DNA of 64,000 bases from Lama guanicoe (lineage: Eukaryota). The first letter of the stretch is position 1, and every line of letters starts with the position of its first letter. Where the stretch lies: positions 3,293,032-3,357,031 of the forward strand of contig MU054400.1 of NCBI GenBank assembly GCA_013239625.1, written 5' to 3'. Made by a program: the position numbers and the translations under genes. The notes under the pieces are model-generated. The model had not been told where the DNA came from and did no database searches. It saw nothing but the letters and a program-made list of their open reading frames with translations. Shown one piece after another: positions 38,555 through 52,503 of the stretch.

Positions 38555-41500
38555 AGCATACTCAAAGACTTCATTGCTTGTCTTCTAAATCCCTGCTGTT
38601 CTTTGGAAACTATTCCCTGATCTTGGCTCTCTTGCTCAGACCTGATTGCCACCTGTGACATCTTTGGTAGCAGAGGCCCAGTGATCCTACGGCTTTGACC
38701 AAATACTGTGAAAGATCGGACTTTTTTTTTTTTTTAGTACTTTGTAAGTATGTTATTAAATCATGAATTAGTGCAATTTTAACCTAACAAATTATCAATA
38801 TATTATCATATTAGTACTTGCTATCCTCTTCCTAAGGACAGTTTGCCTCCAAATTTTAACTGAAGTCACTGGGTAATTTTTTAGAAAAGGATTGCAACCA
38901 CTTTTTTTTGGATTGTTAGTACTTGCAAAAGAAGTGCGTGTAGATTATATATATTGTCTATGAACGGACCAGATGATAAAACAGTAAATTTTGAATTATA
39001 TTTAAAAAGATGGTGCACGTATACTGTATTTCATTGACTCAGACCTACGTTTTCACACAGGTCCTGCTATTCTCCTAACTGCTTGGGTGTGCGTGAGCTC
39101 CAGCAAAGCTTTTACACAGTCATCATTTCAAATTGAGTTATGCAGTTGATTTGTACTACACACCTTGAGTTTAATTATTCTTTAAAATGTCTTTCAAAAG
39201 GTTTCACCATAGTCAGCATTGAAACAAAACCATATAATGTTTGCAGAAAGATACGGAAACAGAAGAACAGAGCACAAATGTAACATCACTGAAGCAAATA
39301 ATCTTCACTGGAAGAATGACCCCAATTTTATATTTTCTGGGGAAGAAACAACCAGTGCTTGATGGGACCCGAGAAAGAAAATACCCCAAAGTGGCTAAAG
39401 ATAAGAAAATGCAAAGAGATTGCCTCCACACACCACACAATGGAGCTTCAAGGGTGGAGAAACTGGCAAACTTCAAAATAGGTGAAGGAAATTTCAAAGC
39501 ACCAAGATGCTGGCTGCATCAGACAAATACTGGTGTGATCTCACTTATGGGTGGAATCTAAAACAAGCAAACAAAAAACAGACTTGTGGATACAGAGAAC
39601 TCATTGATAGTTGCCAAAGGCAAGGGCTAGGGGGTGGGCGAAGGGGTCCAAAGGTACAAACTTCCAGTTATAAGATAAGTAAGTCTTGGGGATAAAGTGT
39701 ACTGCATTGTGATTATAGTTAATAATACTTGATGGTACATTTGAAAGTTGCTAAGAGCATAGATTTTTACATTTCTCAACACAAGAAAAGGATTTGTAAC
39801 TATGTGTGGTAATGGATGTTAACTAGACTTCCTGTGGTGATCATTTTGCCATATATACAAGTACCGAATCACTATGTTGTACACCTGAAACTAATATAAT
39901 CTCATGTTATATGTCCGTTATATCTCAATTTTTTTAAAGAAGCTGGTAATGGCACAGGTCCATCAACAAAGTGTTGTGCCACAGTTTAAGCTTGCTTTCT
40001 TCCTTTTTCTCTCTCCCTCTTTCTCTTCCTTCCTTCCTTCCCTCCTTTCTGTCTTTCTTTCTCTGCCGTACATAAAACAATGGGACAGTAACAATCAATG
40101 ATGCCTTATAGTCAATGCAATATAGGTCTTTTGTTAACATGGAAATGTATCTTTGCTACATTTAACTGCTCCTTTCTAAAATTAGAATAATACAGAGTTA
40201 GCATGGCACCTGGGTAAGGATCACATGCAACCTGGTGAAACATTCCACATTTTTTCCATTTCTTAACCTGGGTGTTTACTTGTGAACATTCGTCCAGCTG
40301 TACACTTATGTTTTCTGCACATTTTTCTAAATGTGCCTTGCTTTAATGTAAGTTTCTTAAAATATCAGTCTGTAACAGAGTTTGCACCGTGTGGGTCCCC
40401 TTTTTGTAACGGTGTAGGTGTGCGTGACTTCTCATACTGGTACCTGTGTTTCTGTATGTAGGCACAGGACCCAAATGTCACAGGAATTACAGAAAGACAG
40501 GTGAGTTTTACTTTCTTCTTCATGCTTTTCTGTGCCTGAATATTTTTTTACAGCATTTCTTTTACAATCAGGAGAAAAAGACAGACCTAGTTGCATTTTA
40601 AAAACACACATCTTAAACAAAACCTGTATATTTGATTTTTTAGATTGAAGTATAGTCAGTTTACAATGTTTTGTTAATTTCTGGTGTACAGCATAGTGAT
40701 TGAGTTATACATATATATATATATATAAGCATACTCAAAGACTTCATTGCTTGTCTTCTAAATCCCTGCTGTTCTTTGGAAACTATTCCCTGATCTTGGC
40801 TCTCTTGCTCAGACCTGATTGCCACCTGTGACATCTTTGGTAGCAGAGGCCCAGTGATCCTACGGCTTTGACCATACACTGTGAAAGATCGGACTTTTTT
40901 TTTTTTGTACATTGTAAGTATGTTATTAAATCATGAATTAGTGCAATTTTAACCTAACAAATTATCAATATATTATCATATTAGTACTTGCTATCCTCTT
41001 CCTAAGGACAGTTTGCCTCCAAATTTTAACTGAAGTCACTGGGTAATTTTTTAGAAAAGGATTGCAACCACTTTTTTTTGGATTGTTAGTACTTGCAAAA
41101 GAAGTGCGTGTAGATTATATATATTGTCTATGAACGGACCAGATGATAAAACAGTAAATTTTGAATTATATTTAAAAAGATGGTGCACGTATACTGTATT
41201 TCATTGACTCAGACCTACGTTTTCACACAGGTCCTGCTATTCTCCTAACTGCTTGGGTGTGCGTGAGCTCCAGCAAAGCTTTTACACAGTCATCATTTCA
41301 AATTGAGTTATGCAGTTGATTTGTACTACACACCTTGAGTTTAATTATTCTTTAAAATGTCTTTCAAAAGGTTTCACCATAGTCAGCATTGAAACAAAAC
41401 CATATAATGTTTGCAGAAAGATACGGAAACAGAAGAACAGAGCACAAATGTAACATCACTGAAGCAAATAATCTTCACTGGAAGAATGACCCCAATTTTA

Positions 41501-42883
41501 TATTTTCTGGGGAAGAAACAACTAGTGCTTGATGGGACCCGAGAAAGAAGATACCCCAAAGTGGCTAAAGATAAGAAAATGCAAAGAGATTGCCTCCAAA
41601 CACCACACACCACACAATGGAGCTTCAAGGGTGGAGAAACTGGCAAACTTCAAAATAGGTGAAGGAAATTTCAAAGCACCAAGATGCTGGCTGCATCAGA
41701 CAAATACTGGTGTGATCTCACTTATGGGTGGAATCTAAAACAAGCAAACAAAAAACAGACTTGTGGATACAGAGAACTCATTGATAGTTGCCAAAGGCAA
41801 GGGCTAGGGGGTGGGCAAAGGGGTCCAAAGGTACAAACTTCCAGTTATAAGATAAGTAAGTCTTGGGGATAAAGTGTACTGCATTGTGATTATAGTTAAT
41901 AATACTTGATGGTACATTTGAAAGTTGCTAAGAGCATAGATTTTTACATTTCTCAACACAAGAAAAGGATTTGTAACTATGTGTGGTAATGGATGTTAAC
42001 TAGACTTCCTGTGGTGATCATTTTGCCATATATACAAGTACCGAATCACTATGTTGTACACCTGAAACTAATATAATCTCATGTTATATGTCCGTTATAT
42101 CTCAATTTTTTTAAAGAAGCTGGTAATGGCACAGGTCCATCAACAAAGTGTTGTGCCACAGTTTAAGCTTGCTTTCTTCCTTTTTCTCTCTCCCTCTTTC
42201 TCTTCCTTCCTTCCTTCCCTCCTTTCTGTCTTTCTTTCTCTGCCGTACATAAAACAATGGGACAGTAACAATCAATGATGCCTTATAGTCAATGCAATAT
42301 AGGTCTTTTGTTAACATGGAAATGTATCTTTGCTACATTTAACTGCTCCTTTCTAAAATTAGAATAATACAGAGTTAGCATGGCACCTGGGTAAGGATCA
42401 CATGCAACCTGGTGAAACATTCCACATTTTTTCCATTTCTTAACCTGGGTGTTTACTTGTGAACATTCGTCCAGCTGTACACTTATGTTTTCTGCACATT
42501 TTTCTAAATGTGCCTTGCTTTAATGTAAGTTTCTTAAAATATCAGTCTGTAACAGAGTTTGCACCGTGTGGGTCCCCTTTTTGTAACGGTGTAGGTGTGC
42601 GTGACTTCTCATACTGGTACCTGTGTTTCTGTATGTAGGCACAGGACCCAAATGTCACAGGAATTACAGAAAGACAGGTGAGTTTTACTTTCTTCTTCAT
42701 GCTTTTCTGTGCCTGAATATTTTTTTACAGCATTTCTTTTACAATCAGGAGAAAAAGACAGACCTAGTTGCATTTTAAAAACACACATCTTAAACAAAAC
42801 CTGTATATTTGATTTTTTAGATTGAAGTATAGTCAGTTTACAATGTTTTGTTAATTTCTGGTGTACAGCATAGTGATTGAGTT

Positions 42884-42905
<22 letters not shown>
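38555..42905 (+). repeat. Near-identical 2.17-kb tandem duplication (copy 1 38555-40727, copy 2 40728 to about 42905)
   Basis: AGCATACTCAAAGACTTCATTGC starts at 38555 and at 40728; paired ORFs 39904/42081 and 40432/42609 are identical; only a handful of differences. Confidence 0.97.
39525..39935 (+). mobile_element. L1MA-type 3' end (second copy at 41702-42112)
   Basis: GATCTCACTTATGGGTGGAATCTAAAA..AAAGGTACAAACTTCCAGTTATAAGAT..GTTGTACACCTGAAACTAATATAAT. Confidence 0.85.
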
Positions 42906-42929
<24 letters not shown>

Positions 42930-43260
42930 CTTTTCATATTCTTTATTGTAGAGTATTATAAGATGTTGAATATACTTCCCTGTGCTATACAGTAGGAACT
43001 TGTTGTTTATCTATTTTATACATAGTAGTTAGTATCTGCAAATCCTGAACTCCCAATTTATCTCTCCACCCCTTTGTCCTGCTTGTAACCATAAATTTGT
43101 TTTCTATGTCTGTGAGTCTGTTCCTGTTTTGTAAATAAGTTCATTTGTGTCAGTTTTTAGATTTCACATATGAATGATATCATATGGTATTTTTCTTTTT
43201 CGTTCTGGCTCACTTCACTTAGAATGAGGATCTCTAGGTCCATCCAGGGTGCTGCAAATA
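42815..43260 (-). mobile_element. L1 3' end containing a (TA)n expansion at 42888-42927
   Basis: TTGAAGTATAGTCAGTTTACAATG..(TA)n..CTTCACTTAGAATGAGGATCTCTAGGTCCATCC. Confidence 0.9.
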
Positions 43261-44284
43261 AAACCTGCATATGTGCACAGCAATTTTGCTTTGCAGAATT
43301 TGTGTACAGAAATAATTAAGGACACGCACAACAATTTAGCTGTAAGAATTCTCATCACACTTCAAATCTTCTACCCAGTATTTCATTTGAGAATTTAGTC
43401 TAAAAAATGATTTGAGATGTAGACAAATATTTCTTTGCAAAGTTTTTCATCATAGTGTTTTGTAAAATATCAAATGCTTCCAATAACCTGGGGATAGTTA
43501 GATACATTATTGTACATTCATGTGATGAACACAGCCACTCACATGGGTATGGACTTAAAAAAATGTGATGACATAGGAGATGATTACTAAAACTGTCAAA
43601 TGAAAAAGTCTACTACAAAACTCTCAATGCAGTAGAAACCAAATATTATCAAACATGCACAAAATAAATATATGACATATATATGCAAATAAAAAGGAAG
43701 AAATACATGCAAACATTTATAGTGATTAATCCCCACCGTGAAGTTGTAACGTTTTAATTATCTTTTTGGTACCTTTATTTTCCACATTCTCTAAAATGAG
43801 TATTATGTATTCTGTAATTTTTAGAAAGTCTATTTTTTTTTAATTACTGCTGTCACAAATACTTACCCAGAGGGCAAACATTCACACCAAAACAAAATTC
43901 TAGCACAGAATGTGCCCCAGGCCCTGCTTCTCAGCTCTCGTGCTCACAGAAGTGAAGGATGACCTGCTACCCAGAGCCTACTGGATTCATTTAAATACAA
44001 TCCTATTACACCCGCTTGTCTAGTTTCCTGGCCCAAAATAAACTAGAAACACTGACGGAGGCAGACAGGGGACTGCAGTTGTCAAGAGACTAACAATGAA
44101 TGTAAAAGTGAAGGAGAAGAGAAAAAAATAATAAAAATAATAAGCATATAATAATGTGTTTAGTGTCAGGGCAGAGGAACCTACTGACCTGAGGGCAACT
44201 GTGAATTGAAACAACCCGATATCCATATTCAGAGTATGATTAAACTTTTATATACAGCACTTTCCTATTAAAACCTTCAAGTTA

Positions 44285-44447
44285 GGGGGAGGGTGTAGCT
44301 CAGTGGCAGAGCACATGCCTAGCATACACAAGGTCCTGGGTTCAATCCCCAGTACTTCCATCAAAAATAGATAAATAAATAAACTTCATTACTTTCCTCC
44401 CCCACCCAAAAAAACTCTATGTCTAATAAAAATGTAAGTATATAATA
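44285..44447 (+). mobile_element. vic-1-like SINE with 13-bp TSD
   Basis: A and B boxes intact; TSD AAAACCTTCAAGT at 44270-44282 and 44448-44460. Confidence 0.92.
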
Positions 44448-45039
44448 AAAACCTTCAAGTGATAAAATTTCATGGAAATGAGCAAAGTTACAAAAGTTAG
44501 ACCAAAGAGTTTTTTAATTCTTCTGATTGCACAAGGATGTATTTTTCATAGATTATTATACTACCATATTTATAGATAAATAGGAACATAGGCACAGAAA
44601 TGTAATTTTTAAAGGATTGAAGTTTGAAATATCCAAAAAAAAATCTGGTCTTGTCAATACTCCAGATTACTGATGAAAAAAATGAGGGACTTGTAACAGA
44701 AAAATAAACGCTTTATGAAAACTGAGAAAGAAATGAGGGAGTACTTTATTCTGAATATTATTAGTTTTTCTTTCCTTTCAAGAAAACCTGAATCGTGAGC
44801 TTTTATTCAAATAATAAAATACACACGATAAATTGTAATTGTGTTTCATGCTCCAAAAACCAATTCCTGAAACTGTACAATGAAAAGAATTATAAAAACA
44901 ATCATTAGGCATGCAGATCAGTGGGTTTTTCCATGTATTTCTCACCAAGCGGTTCAATTCGTACTAACATCTTAGTATTTCTTGTTTTAAAATGAAAGAA
45001 AACAAGAAAAACAACTTTAAGAATGAACAAAACTCTTAC

Positions 45040-45325
45040 TGAGTCCTTATGACATGCCAAGTACTTTTTATATATTATCTCATTTAATTCTCAACATGAC
45101 CTTGCAAGGTACATGTTCATATTCCCATTTGAAAGATAGGAAAACAGAGGCTCTGGGACAGGGGTTAGGAGGATTATGGGCTCCAGTGTCAGTGTACCTT
45201 GGCTTGGACCCCTGCCTCTCACTTCTGTCTGACCTCAGCAAGTCACTGAGATTCTCTGTGCCTCAGTGTCTTTATCTGCAAAACAGGGATAACAATACTC
45301 AAAAAGAAGCTGTCAGGATTAAATA
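45040..45325. mobile_element. MIR fragments
   Basis: TATCTCATTTAATTCTCAAC..CCCATTTGAAAGATAGGAAAACAGAGGCT and GACCTCAGCAAGTCACT..TCTCTGTGCCTCAG..ATCTGCAAAACAGGGATAA. Confidence 0.75.
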
Positions 45326-45749
45326 AGCCTCCCCTGGCTACCCGATCGCTTCACATCCTCTGTGTTCTGTGAAGACGTGAATCAGCAGAGCGCATGCCCG
45401 GAGGCACGGTTGACCCAAACATCCAGCAAGAAACGGTGGACAAGCTGTCTCTAACAAGCTAATCTTTAATTTTCTCAAGTTTGTAAGGGTGATAAGGAAG
45501 AAACATTTTTTTTTAATGGAAAAGCTGACTGTAACCATGAAGAAAATTCACTTCAGCTGAGCAAATATTTATTGAGCGTCTACTTGTTCAGATCCCGGCA
45601 AATGCAAAGGAGAATAGGGCTGGAATTTTAAGTAGTTTATAATTGGACTTCCTATTAAAAATGGCAGGTTGAACACCTGTGTTCCGTCCCCCAAATCACT
45701 CCAAAATGACTGAAAAGGAACTTTTCAAAAAGAAGAAATAAAGTTTAAA

Positions 45750-46340
45750 CCCACCTTCTCTGCTTACCCCCATCTTCACTCTCAGCCAATGACCTCACCT
45801 CATGTCCCACAACCCCCCCCCAAACTCCCATCACCACGTCTACGCCCTCCCCCTGCCGCAGCATCTGCACCGGGCTCTCTTCCTTCCTGTTACTGAAATG
45901 AGCTGAGCATGGGTACCTAAGGCTGCCTTCCAGTCGGAAAGCTCCCCGTGCTATGGGCTAGTTTGGAGAACCACTCCGAAATTCTTCCACGTCTCACCTC
46001 ACCGTTTTCCCTCTCCACTGGGGCATCCCATCAGCATACAGACTGGCTGGAATTCTCCTTCCTCCTCCTACTCCCTCACTTCTGCATAGGAAAGGGCTGC
46101 AAAATCATCTTACATTGATTTTGCATTTATTCCAATTCCTCTCCCTTTTTAGACTCACTCTAATCAAGTTTTCGCTCCACAACCTTAGCAGGGTTACCAG
46201 CGACATCCGTGTTGCTAAATCCGTTTTCTCTTTCCTTACTTGGCACAGCTGAGCACCCCGTCCGACTTGATATCCTTTCTTCTCTCTGCTTCTCCAACAC
46301 CGCTCTCTCCTGACTTCCCCCCACACCCCCCACATTTAAT
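45750..46340 (-). mobile_element. L2 fragment
   Basis: Pyrimidine-rich L2 motifs CACTCTCAGCCAATGACCT and GGTTACCAGCGACATCCGTGTTGCTAAATCC. Confidence 0.55.
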
Positions 46341-46870
46341 CCTTTGTTCTCTCTTCCTGTTCCAAGGGAACTTAGAGGCCACCTGTTGAAGATGGTGGCA
46401 TCAAAGGATGAAAAGAGCCTGAGGTCCTGAATGTGTGGAGAACAACCTGCCACCTCCATCGATGACCTGGGAGAGAAACCTTCCTTGTGTTGAGCTAGCA
46501 TGCTGGAGAGGCAGCTAGCATCACTTAGCCTGACTCGTACATTCAACCACAGTAATAGGGAGGCAATGAAAAATCTGATTAATCGAGAAATAGACACTGA
46601 AGCAAATTATTTAGACATATGGATGGAGATGGCTAAAGAAACAGGAAATGTGAAAGTGGTACCTCTCAGACGTGGAACTACAGGACTAGGGTGGGGTGGG
46701 GTAGGTGACTGCCGGATTGTATTATAAGTCAGGAGTAGGGGTAAACAGTATTCTCACTGCCCTCCTGGAGATTATGTTCCAGCGCGGGAGCGAGGGAAAA
46801 GGAAGCCAGTCAGGTAAATGGAATCATTGCTACTGGGATATGTGTTATAAAGGAGTTGACTAAAAGGCCA

Positions 46871-46990
46871 GGGGTTGGGGGGCATAGCTCAGTGGTGGAG
46901 CACATGCTTGGCATGCACAAGGTCCTGGGTTCAATCCCCAGTGCCTCTGCTAAGGGGAAAAATTTAAATTCATCAATAAAATAAAAATAA
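46871..46990 (+). mobile_element. vic-1-like SINE
   Basis: CATAGCTCAGTGGTGGAGCACATGCTTGGCATGCACAAGGTCCTGGGTTCAATCCCCAGTGCCTC plus A-rich tail. Confidence 0.9.
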
Positions 46991-49127
46991 ATGTAGCTTT
47001 TTCAAAAAGACCATAAAAAATTAAAAAATAAATCTATAAGCCAAATAGTAATACTTAACTTTTAACTATATGTATGCATAATTTAAATTAAAATATAAAT
47101 TATTGATTTAAGAGAGGTTTACAACCTTCTAGGAGAAGCAGACATGAAGATAGGTAATTATAGAATACAGACTATAAATACCCAAAGGGAAGCGTGATGG
47201 ATTATGAGTGAACCAGAGAAAAAGCTCTTACAATGCAACAGACGCACTTGGGTACAATAAAAAGTTGTGTTCAATTCGGTTAGGTTGTTTTATTGTAGAT
47301 TCCAGATATGATGGCTTCACAGAGGGTAGAAAACTTGAGAGTGTCTTCTTTCCCTTCTCTTTTCTTTCCCTTTTGGGAGAGGTGTAAGGGGAAGATATTT
47401 TAAACAGTAAGTGGAAGAAAGCCAAGAATCAGGGCTCTGCCAGCACGTACTATTCCTTTGTGCACATTTTTTTTTAAAGCATCTCTTCCTCGAGATACTC
47501 TCATCTATTGGAAAATTGCCTTCACCACCCTTCTGTTGTTAGAATGAGACACTCTACTGACATCTGGTGGATAAGCATCATAATAAATATTCAAGTTCAA
47601 GGATTCAGGCCTGCCAAGTGAATTGCTCTCCTTCCATGTGTGATGTGCTCCCCACGCAACCTGCACCCCGGCTTTGGCTGTTGTCGTTGCTAAGTGTCTG
47701 TTGACGGCCCCAGCCCTCGGACCCTGATCCTACCTTGCTACCTCCTCTCTTTCCCCTTCTCCTTTCTCTCCTTCTCTTTCTCTCTGCTCCTCCTATCTAA
47801 GAGTGCCTCTCCCTTCCAAAACAATCACCCCCCTTTTTTGTGCAGAGCAAAAGGCTTGGTTTCAACAGACACCTAGACCTTCAGAGTTTCTCTATCTACG
47901 CCAAGCTCTATCCAACACTAAGTTGTAAATCCAGGGTGCATGTCGTCTGCAAAAGAAACAATTCTCTCCCTCAGTCTAGATGAGGCCATAATTCAGTCTG
48001 TCTTTTAATTAAGGCCGGTGCCCTGGGTGAATGGGGTCCTGAAGCAGCTGCTCAAGACAAGACTCTTGCCCTGGGGCCCTCCAGCTCCACCACTAGGACC
48101 CTGAGCGCGGCTTGCACGTGAGTACTTGCCACGCCCACCCTGACTGATTTCAAGCCCTTGACTCCAACAAGGGCCAGAAAAGCAACGTGTGCTTTCTTCA
48201 CCACTTCTCTTAGGAACCTGGGCTGGTTTTTGCTTAAAGCCCCAATTCAGCTCAGTTGATTAAAAGGGAAGCCCTTACTTATTTTTTTCTCTGCTTTTTT
48301 TTTTCTGTTCCGATTTACTTAAGGAATTAGCTGATACACATCTGCAGAAAAAAACAAAACAAAACAAAACTGCATTCTTTCCAGGCCTAACTCCTCTCTT
48401 TTCCTTTGTGTGAAACTGAATGGGCCTGCCTGTGATGTGAGCATGTTCAGCGACCCAAGGCCCTTCTCCTCTGTGTAGAGTCTGATGTCGCTGCTTCTCT
48501 AGATTACTTTCTAAAATCCATCACCCAGGTTGGATTAAAAGATTGACCTTGGATGAATCCCTTTCTTGCCATCCATCTCCCCTAAACACTACTGAAGGAC
48601 AATGAGGTGGCCTCAAGGAGACAACCCTGTCTCAATGACTGGCTTCTGAATCATTCTGATTCTTAAAGGTGCTAAAGTGTTGTAAAAGAGAATAATTCTA
48701 GGAAACATTGTCCCCAAACCAGGTGCAGTATAAACCCAAATATCTTCAGCCAATTTTATCAAACTCTATGGAGTTTGAGTCCTGGGAAATTTTTAAGAAC
48801 TTGGGATAATTCAGTCCACAAAGAAAAGACAGAGAAAGAAGCCAGGGAAGGTTTGAATGCCTTCAGCCAGAAAAAGGGTTATTATAAGGGTCTTACCATT
48901 CATTTTTATTTATGTCTAAAAACAGTAGCTTAACCTCAATTGTGCAGCAGTCAGAGAAAAATTTTACATGTGTAGATAAGTAAGCTTTGGAAGATCCTCC
49001 TCATTAATTCTGGAGAGCTTTTTTGCTTTGTTGTCAGCTCCCTGGAGGCAGGAGAATGAAGAGATGGCCTCTCGAGCTCCCTGGAGCCCTGAGAGTCCCC
49101 TCTCCTCATTCAACAAGCACCAATTGG

Positions 49128-49815
49128 ATTCTTTAAAAAACTAAAAATAGAGCTATCCTCTGATTCAGCAATCCCACTCCTGAGTGTGTATCTGGAGGAA
49201 ACTCTCATTCAAAAAGATACATGCTCCCCAGTGTTCACAACAGCACTATATACAATAGCCAAGACATGGAAGCAACCTAAATGTCCATCTATAGATGACT
49301 GGATAAAGAAGTTGTGGTATATTTACACAATGGAATACTACTCAGCCACAAAAAGAGTAAAATACCACCATTTGCAGCAACATGGATGGACCTGGAGATT
49401 ATCATACTAAGTGAAGTAAGCCAGAAGGAGAAAGAAAAATATCATATGACGTCACTTATATGTGGAATCTAAAAAAAAATGGCACAAATGAACTTATTTA
49501 CAAAACAGAAACAGACTCACAGAGATAGATAACACACTTGTGGTTACCAGGGGGGAAAGGGTGGGAGGGATAAACTGGGAGTTTGGGCTTTGCTTTATAC
49601 ATACTAACCACTGTGTATAAAACAGATGAACAGTAAGGCCCTACTGTACAGCACTGGGAACTATATTCAATACCTTGTAATAGCCTATAATGAAAAAGAA
49701 TATGAAAAGGAATATACACATATAATATATGTACAGCTGAATCACTATGCTGCACACCAGCAATTAACACAACATTGTACAGTGATTATACTTTAATAAA
49801 TTTTTTTTTAAAAAA
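49128..49815 (+). mobile_element. 5'-truncated L1 (ORF2 end and 3'UTR)
   Basis: ORF 49186-49410 ([34 protein letters not shown]) is the ORF2p C-terminus; tail motif ATGCTGCACACCAG..AATAAA. Confidence 0.92.
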
Positions 49816-50503
49816 GACAAGTACTGATTAGGCTTCTCTATTTGCCAGATACCTGTGAGATTAGGAGTCCAGAGTGAATCAGCTAAGATCCTTGCCCTAA
49901 AGAGCCCGTGATCTGCCAGTGGAATCCAGTTTGCACAATCCTGTGGTAGCTCAGTAGGTCTCTCAGGTAAAGGGAAGGCGCTCCCTTAAGCTAAACTCCT
50001 GTTGACCTGATCATCTCTCAGACTCACCTGCCAATACACGTGTGGCTGTAATTTAGCCCAAGTCACTGAATACCAGGAATCTCTGCCTTTGGAGATTGAA
50101 GAGAGTGGAGTTTCATTTTATTAACTTTTAAGGTACTCCTGGGCTCTCTGCAAGCCAGCCAGCATGGGAGGAAAGAGGGTTTTCTAGGTGTCCCAGAAGG
50201 ACCTTTACAAGCATTATACATTGTGGATGATTGAGGAGTAGTAATGTAGGGAAGGAATTCTGACCCCAAATTGGAAAATTCAATGCTGATCTGTCTCTTC
50301 TACAGCTGTAGCCAAGGCTTTGCTAGCCTGTCCAGGATCACAAGGTTTGTGGAAGAAAAAAAAATCAAAGCAAGTGTAGTATCAAGACTGCACGTGCTGA
50401 AATGTGAAAATGTGAAAATGCGTCATGTATTATCTGTCCTCTCAGTCCTCCTGGAACTAGGTCATTAATATCACCCTTCATTAGCGACGATTTTTCACTG
50501 ACA

Positions 50504-50925
50504 TGTAACAGTTGAGGTTCCAGTAGGAAAGATATGACATGCTCAAATTAGGATAATTCTAGAAATATTAAATAAAAGAACAATTTAAAATTATGTAGGG
50601 AAACCAAAAGGAACAGTGCAGTCCCCGAAAGTCGTGTCAGTGCGACTAGACCTTCGAGATTCAAGGGAAGAGAGGAAGGAGCAGTTACCACCAGAAGGCA
50701 AAAGTCCCGTTGAGGATGCCACCTTCAGAGGGGCTGTGACCTTCCGTCAAAGGGCATGGCCACCCAAGGCCAGCCCACAGGAGCAGGGACCCAGGAGAAC
50801 AAACACTCCATCCCCATTGGCTGAAGCCAAGAGGGAGCTGGAGAGCAAGGGAGCCCATTTGTTCAATCTGCTTCATCACCTTTGGGAAAAGAGCAGGGGA
50901 GGATGGACATGGGCGGCCAAGGGAA
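50504..50925 (-). mobile_element. ERVL LTR (LTR33-like)
   Basis: CATGCTCAAATTAGGATAATT..GGGAAACCAAAAGG..CCCATTGGCTGAAGCCAA..GCAAGGGAGCCCATT. Confidence 0.55.
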
Positions 50926-52018
50926 ACATCCAGCCCAGATCCCGGGGTCTGAAACTGACATCCAGTTCCAAGAGCTCCCCCCTCCCCTGCAAACAACGTT
51001 AAAATGATCTTCGTCCACCCAGGATGATTAGGAAACCGAGTTCCTCAGTCCAAATCTGACCAACCTCTCACCCCACCTGCCCTCCCCATGCACTTCTTTC
51101 TAGCCCCGTATCATCAAATGACAATGGACATCCTTAATAAATCACCTGCATGGGTTCATTCATTCAGTGGGGGAATCCTTTGACAATCTATGTCTGTCAG
51201 ATCATCATTTGGTACACCTTAAGTGTCTTACAACATTGTCAGTTATGTCTCAATAAAACTGAAAAAAATAATAAAATAAGTCATCTGAAAATATAAAGAT
51301 GCTGGTAGCAATTTAGTAAATGTATTTAATATGCAGGGTCAGAAGCATGATTAATAATGGGAGGCACACCCAGAAAAAATTCAAAACCTTACACTACTTT
51401 TTAAGTAACGCTTGCTTGCCTTCTCACTGTTCTATCATTCTATGTTGTTCTATCCATATCTAGAGGTAGAGTCAGGCTCTATAAAAGTAGAACGAGACTT
51501 GCCATTCAAAATACCCAACTGGATACAAATATTTACCTTTCTCTCTGCAAAATCCCACTGAAATAATGAAATCAACATAAACAATTAAAACAAGTGCATA
51601 GCAACTCCTGTTAGCCAGAGCAGTGTCCCCGGAAGATCAGATGGTGATAAATTTAGAAAAACAAAAAACGCAGAAGGGAAACAATAAACCCAAACTCATA
51701 AACCCAAAGTCAACAGTGGGGTTTGCTATTCAGAACCTCTTGAATAATCCCCAAGTCAGCAATGAGGGTCTGGAAAAGGAGCCTTTCTGTGCTAAAAATC
51801 TGACCGCTGGCTCCAGCTTTCTGAAAGTGTCCTTCTTACGTGGCTGCGACCCTGGGGGGTTGCTGGGGCCACCGAAGCTGACTTTTAGAAGGGAGAGGTG
51901 GTACCCCTGTAACCCAGAAGACAAGCTGCTAGCTCACCTGCCCGGCCTCATACCTGGACAAGAGGAGGAACTCCTGGGCTCCTTCCAGGGCTGAGGCACA
52001 GGAAGCCACCCTGGACAC

Positions 52019-52503
52019 CATCAAAACAGAATACAGTGCGAAAATGTGAGACTCTCGTTGGCTTTCGTCAACAATTCATGAACTGGGCAGCATCCAGTCT
52101 AGCGACTTGAAGGGCACTTGGCTACCTAGAGTGGTGCAAAATAGAAGTTTTTTATAGAAAGGAGAGGGGGGGGTAAGGAAGCCATTAGCAAAAGGGAAAA
52201 GGGTTATTTGGGGCCAGGATACCTTCTTTTTGGAGGCTAGGGAATGCATGGGTTTTATCAGGCAGATCGCCACTCCTCCCTCTGGGGTTGGGGGCGAGGG
52301 GAGGGGGGCGGTGTGTGTGGAGAGGCCCACGTGACAGACGACCTCATTGATGCTGACCAGTGAAAATTCCAAGCTGGTTGACGGAGCTTACGTTTCTAGG
52401 GAAGGCCGTCACTGCAGTTAGGTTTGGCATTGAATCTAGGCTGGGTATCACGGGCTTCAGCACAAGTGACGTCATCTTGGGCATGTGGTTTTTCTCTTTA
52501 ACA
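52019..52503 (-). mobile_element. ERV1-type solo LTR
   Basis: Minus strand starts TGTTAAAGAGAAAAACCAC; contains TTCATGAACTGGGCAGCATCC and a TATAAAA motif on the minus strand; left boundary approximate. Confidence 0.65.
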
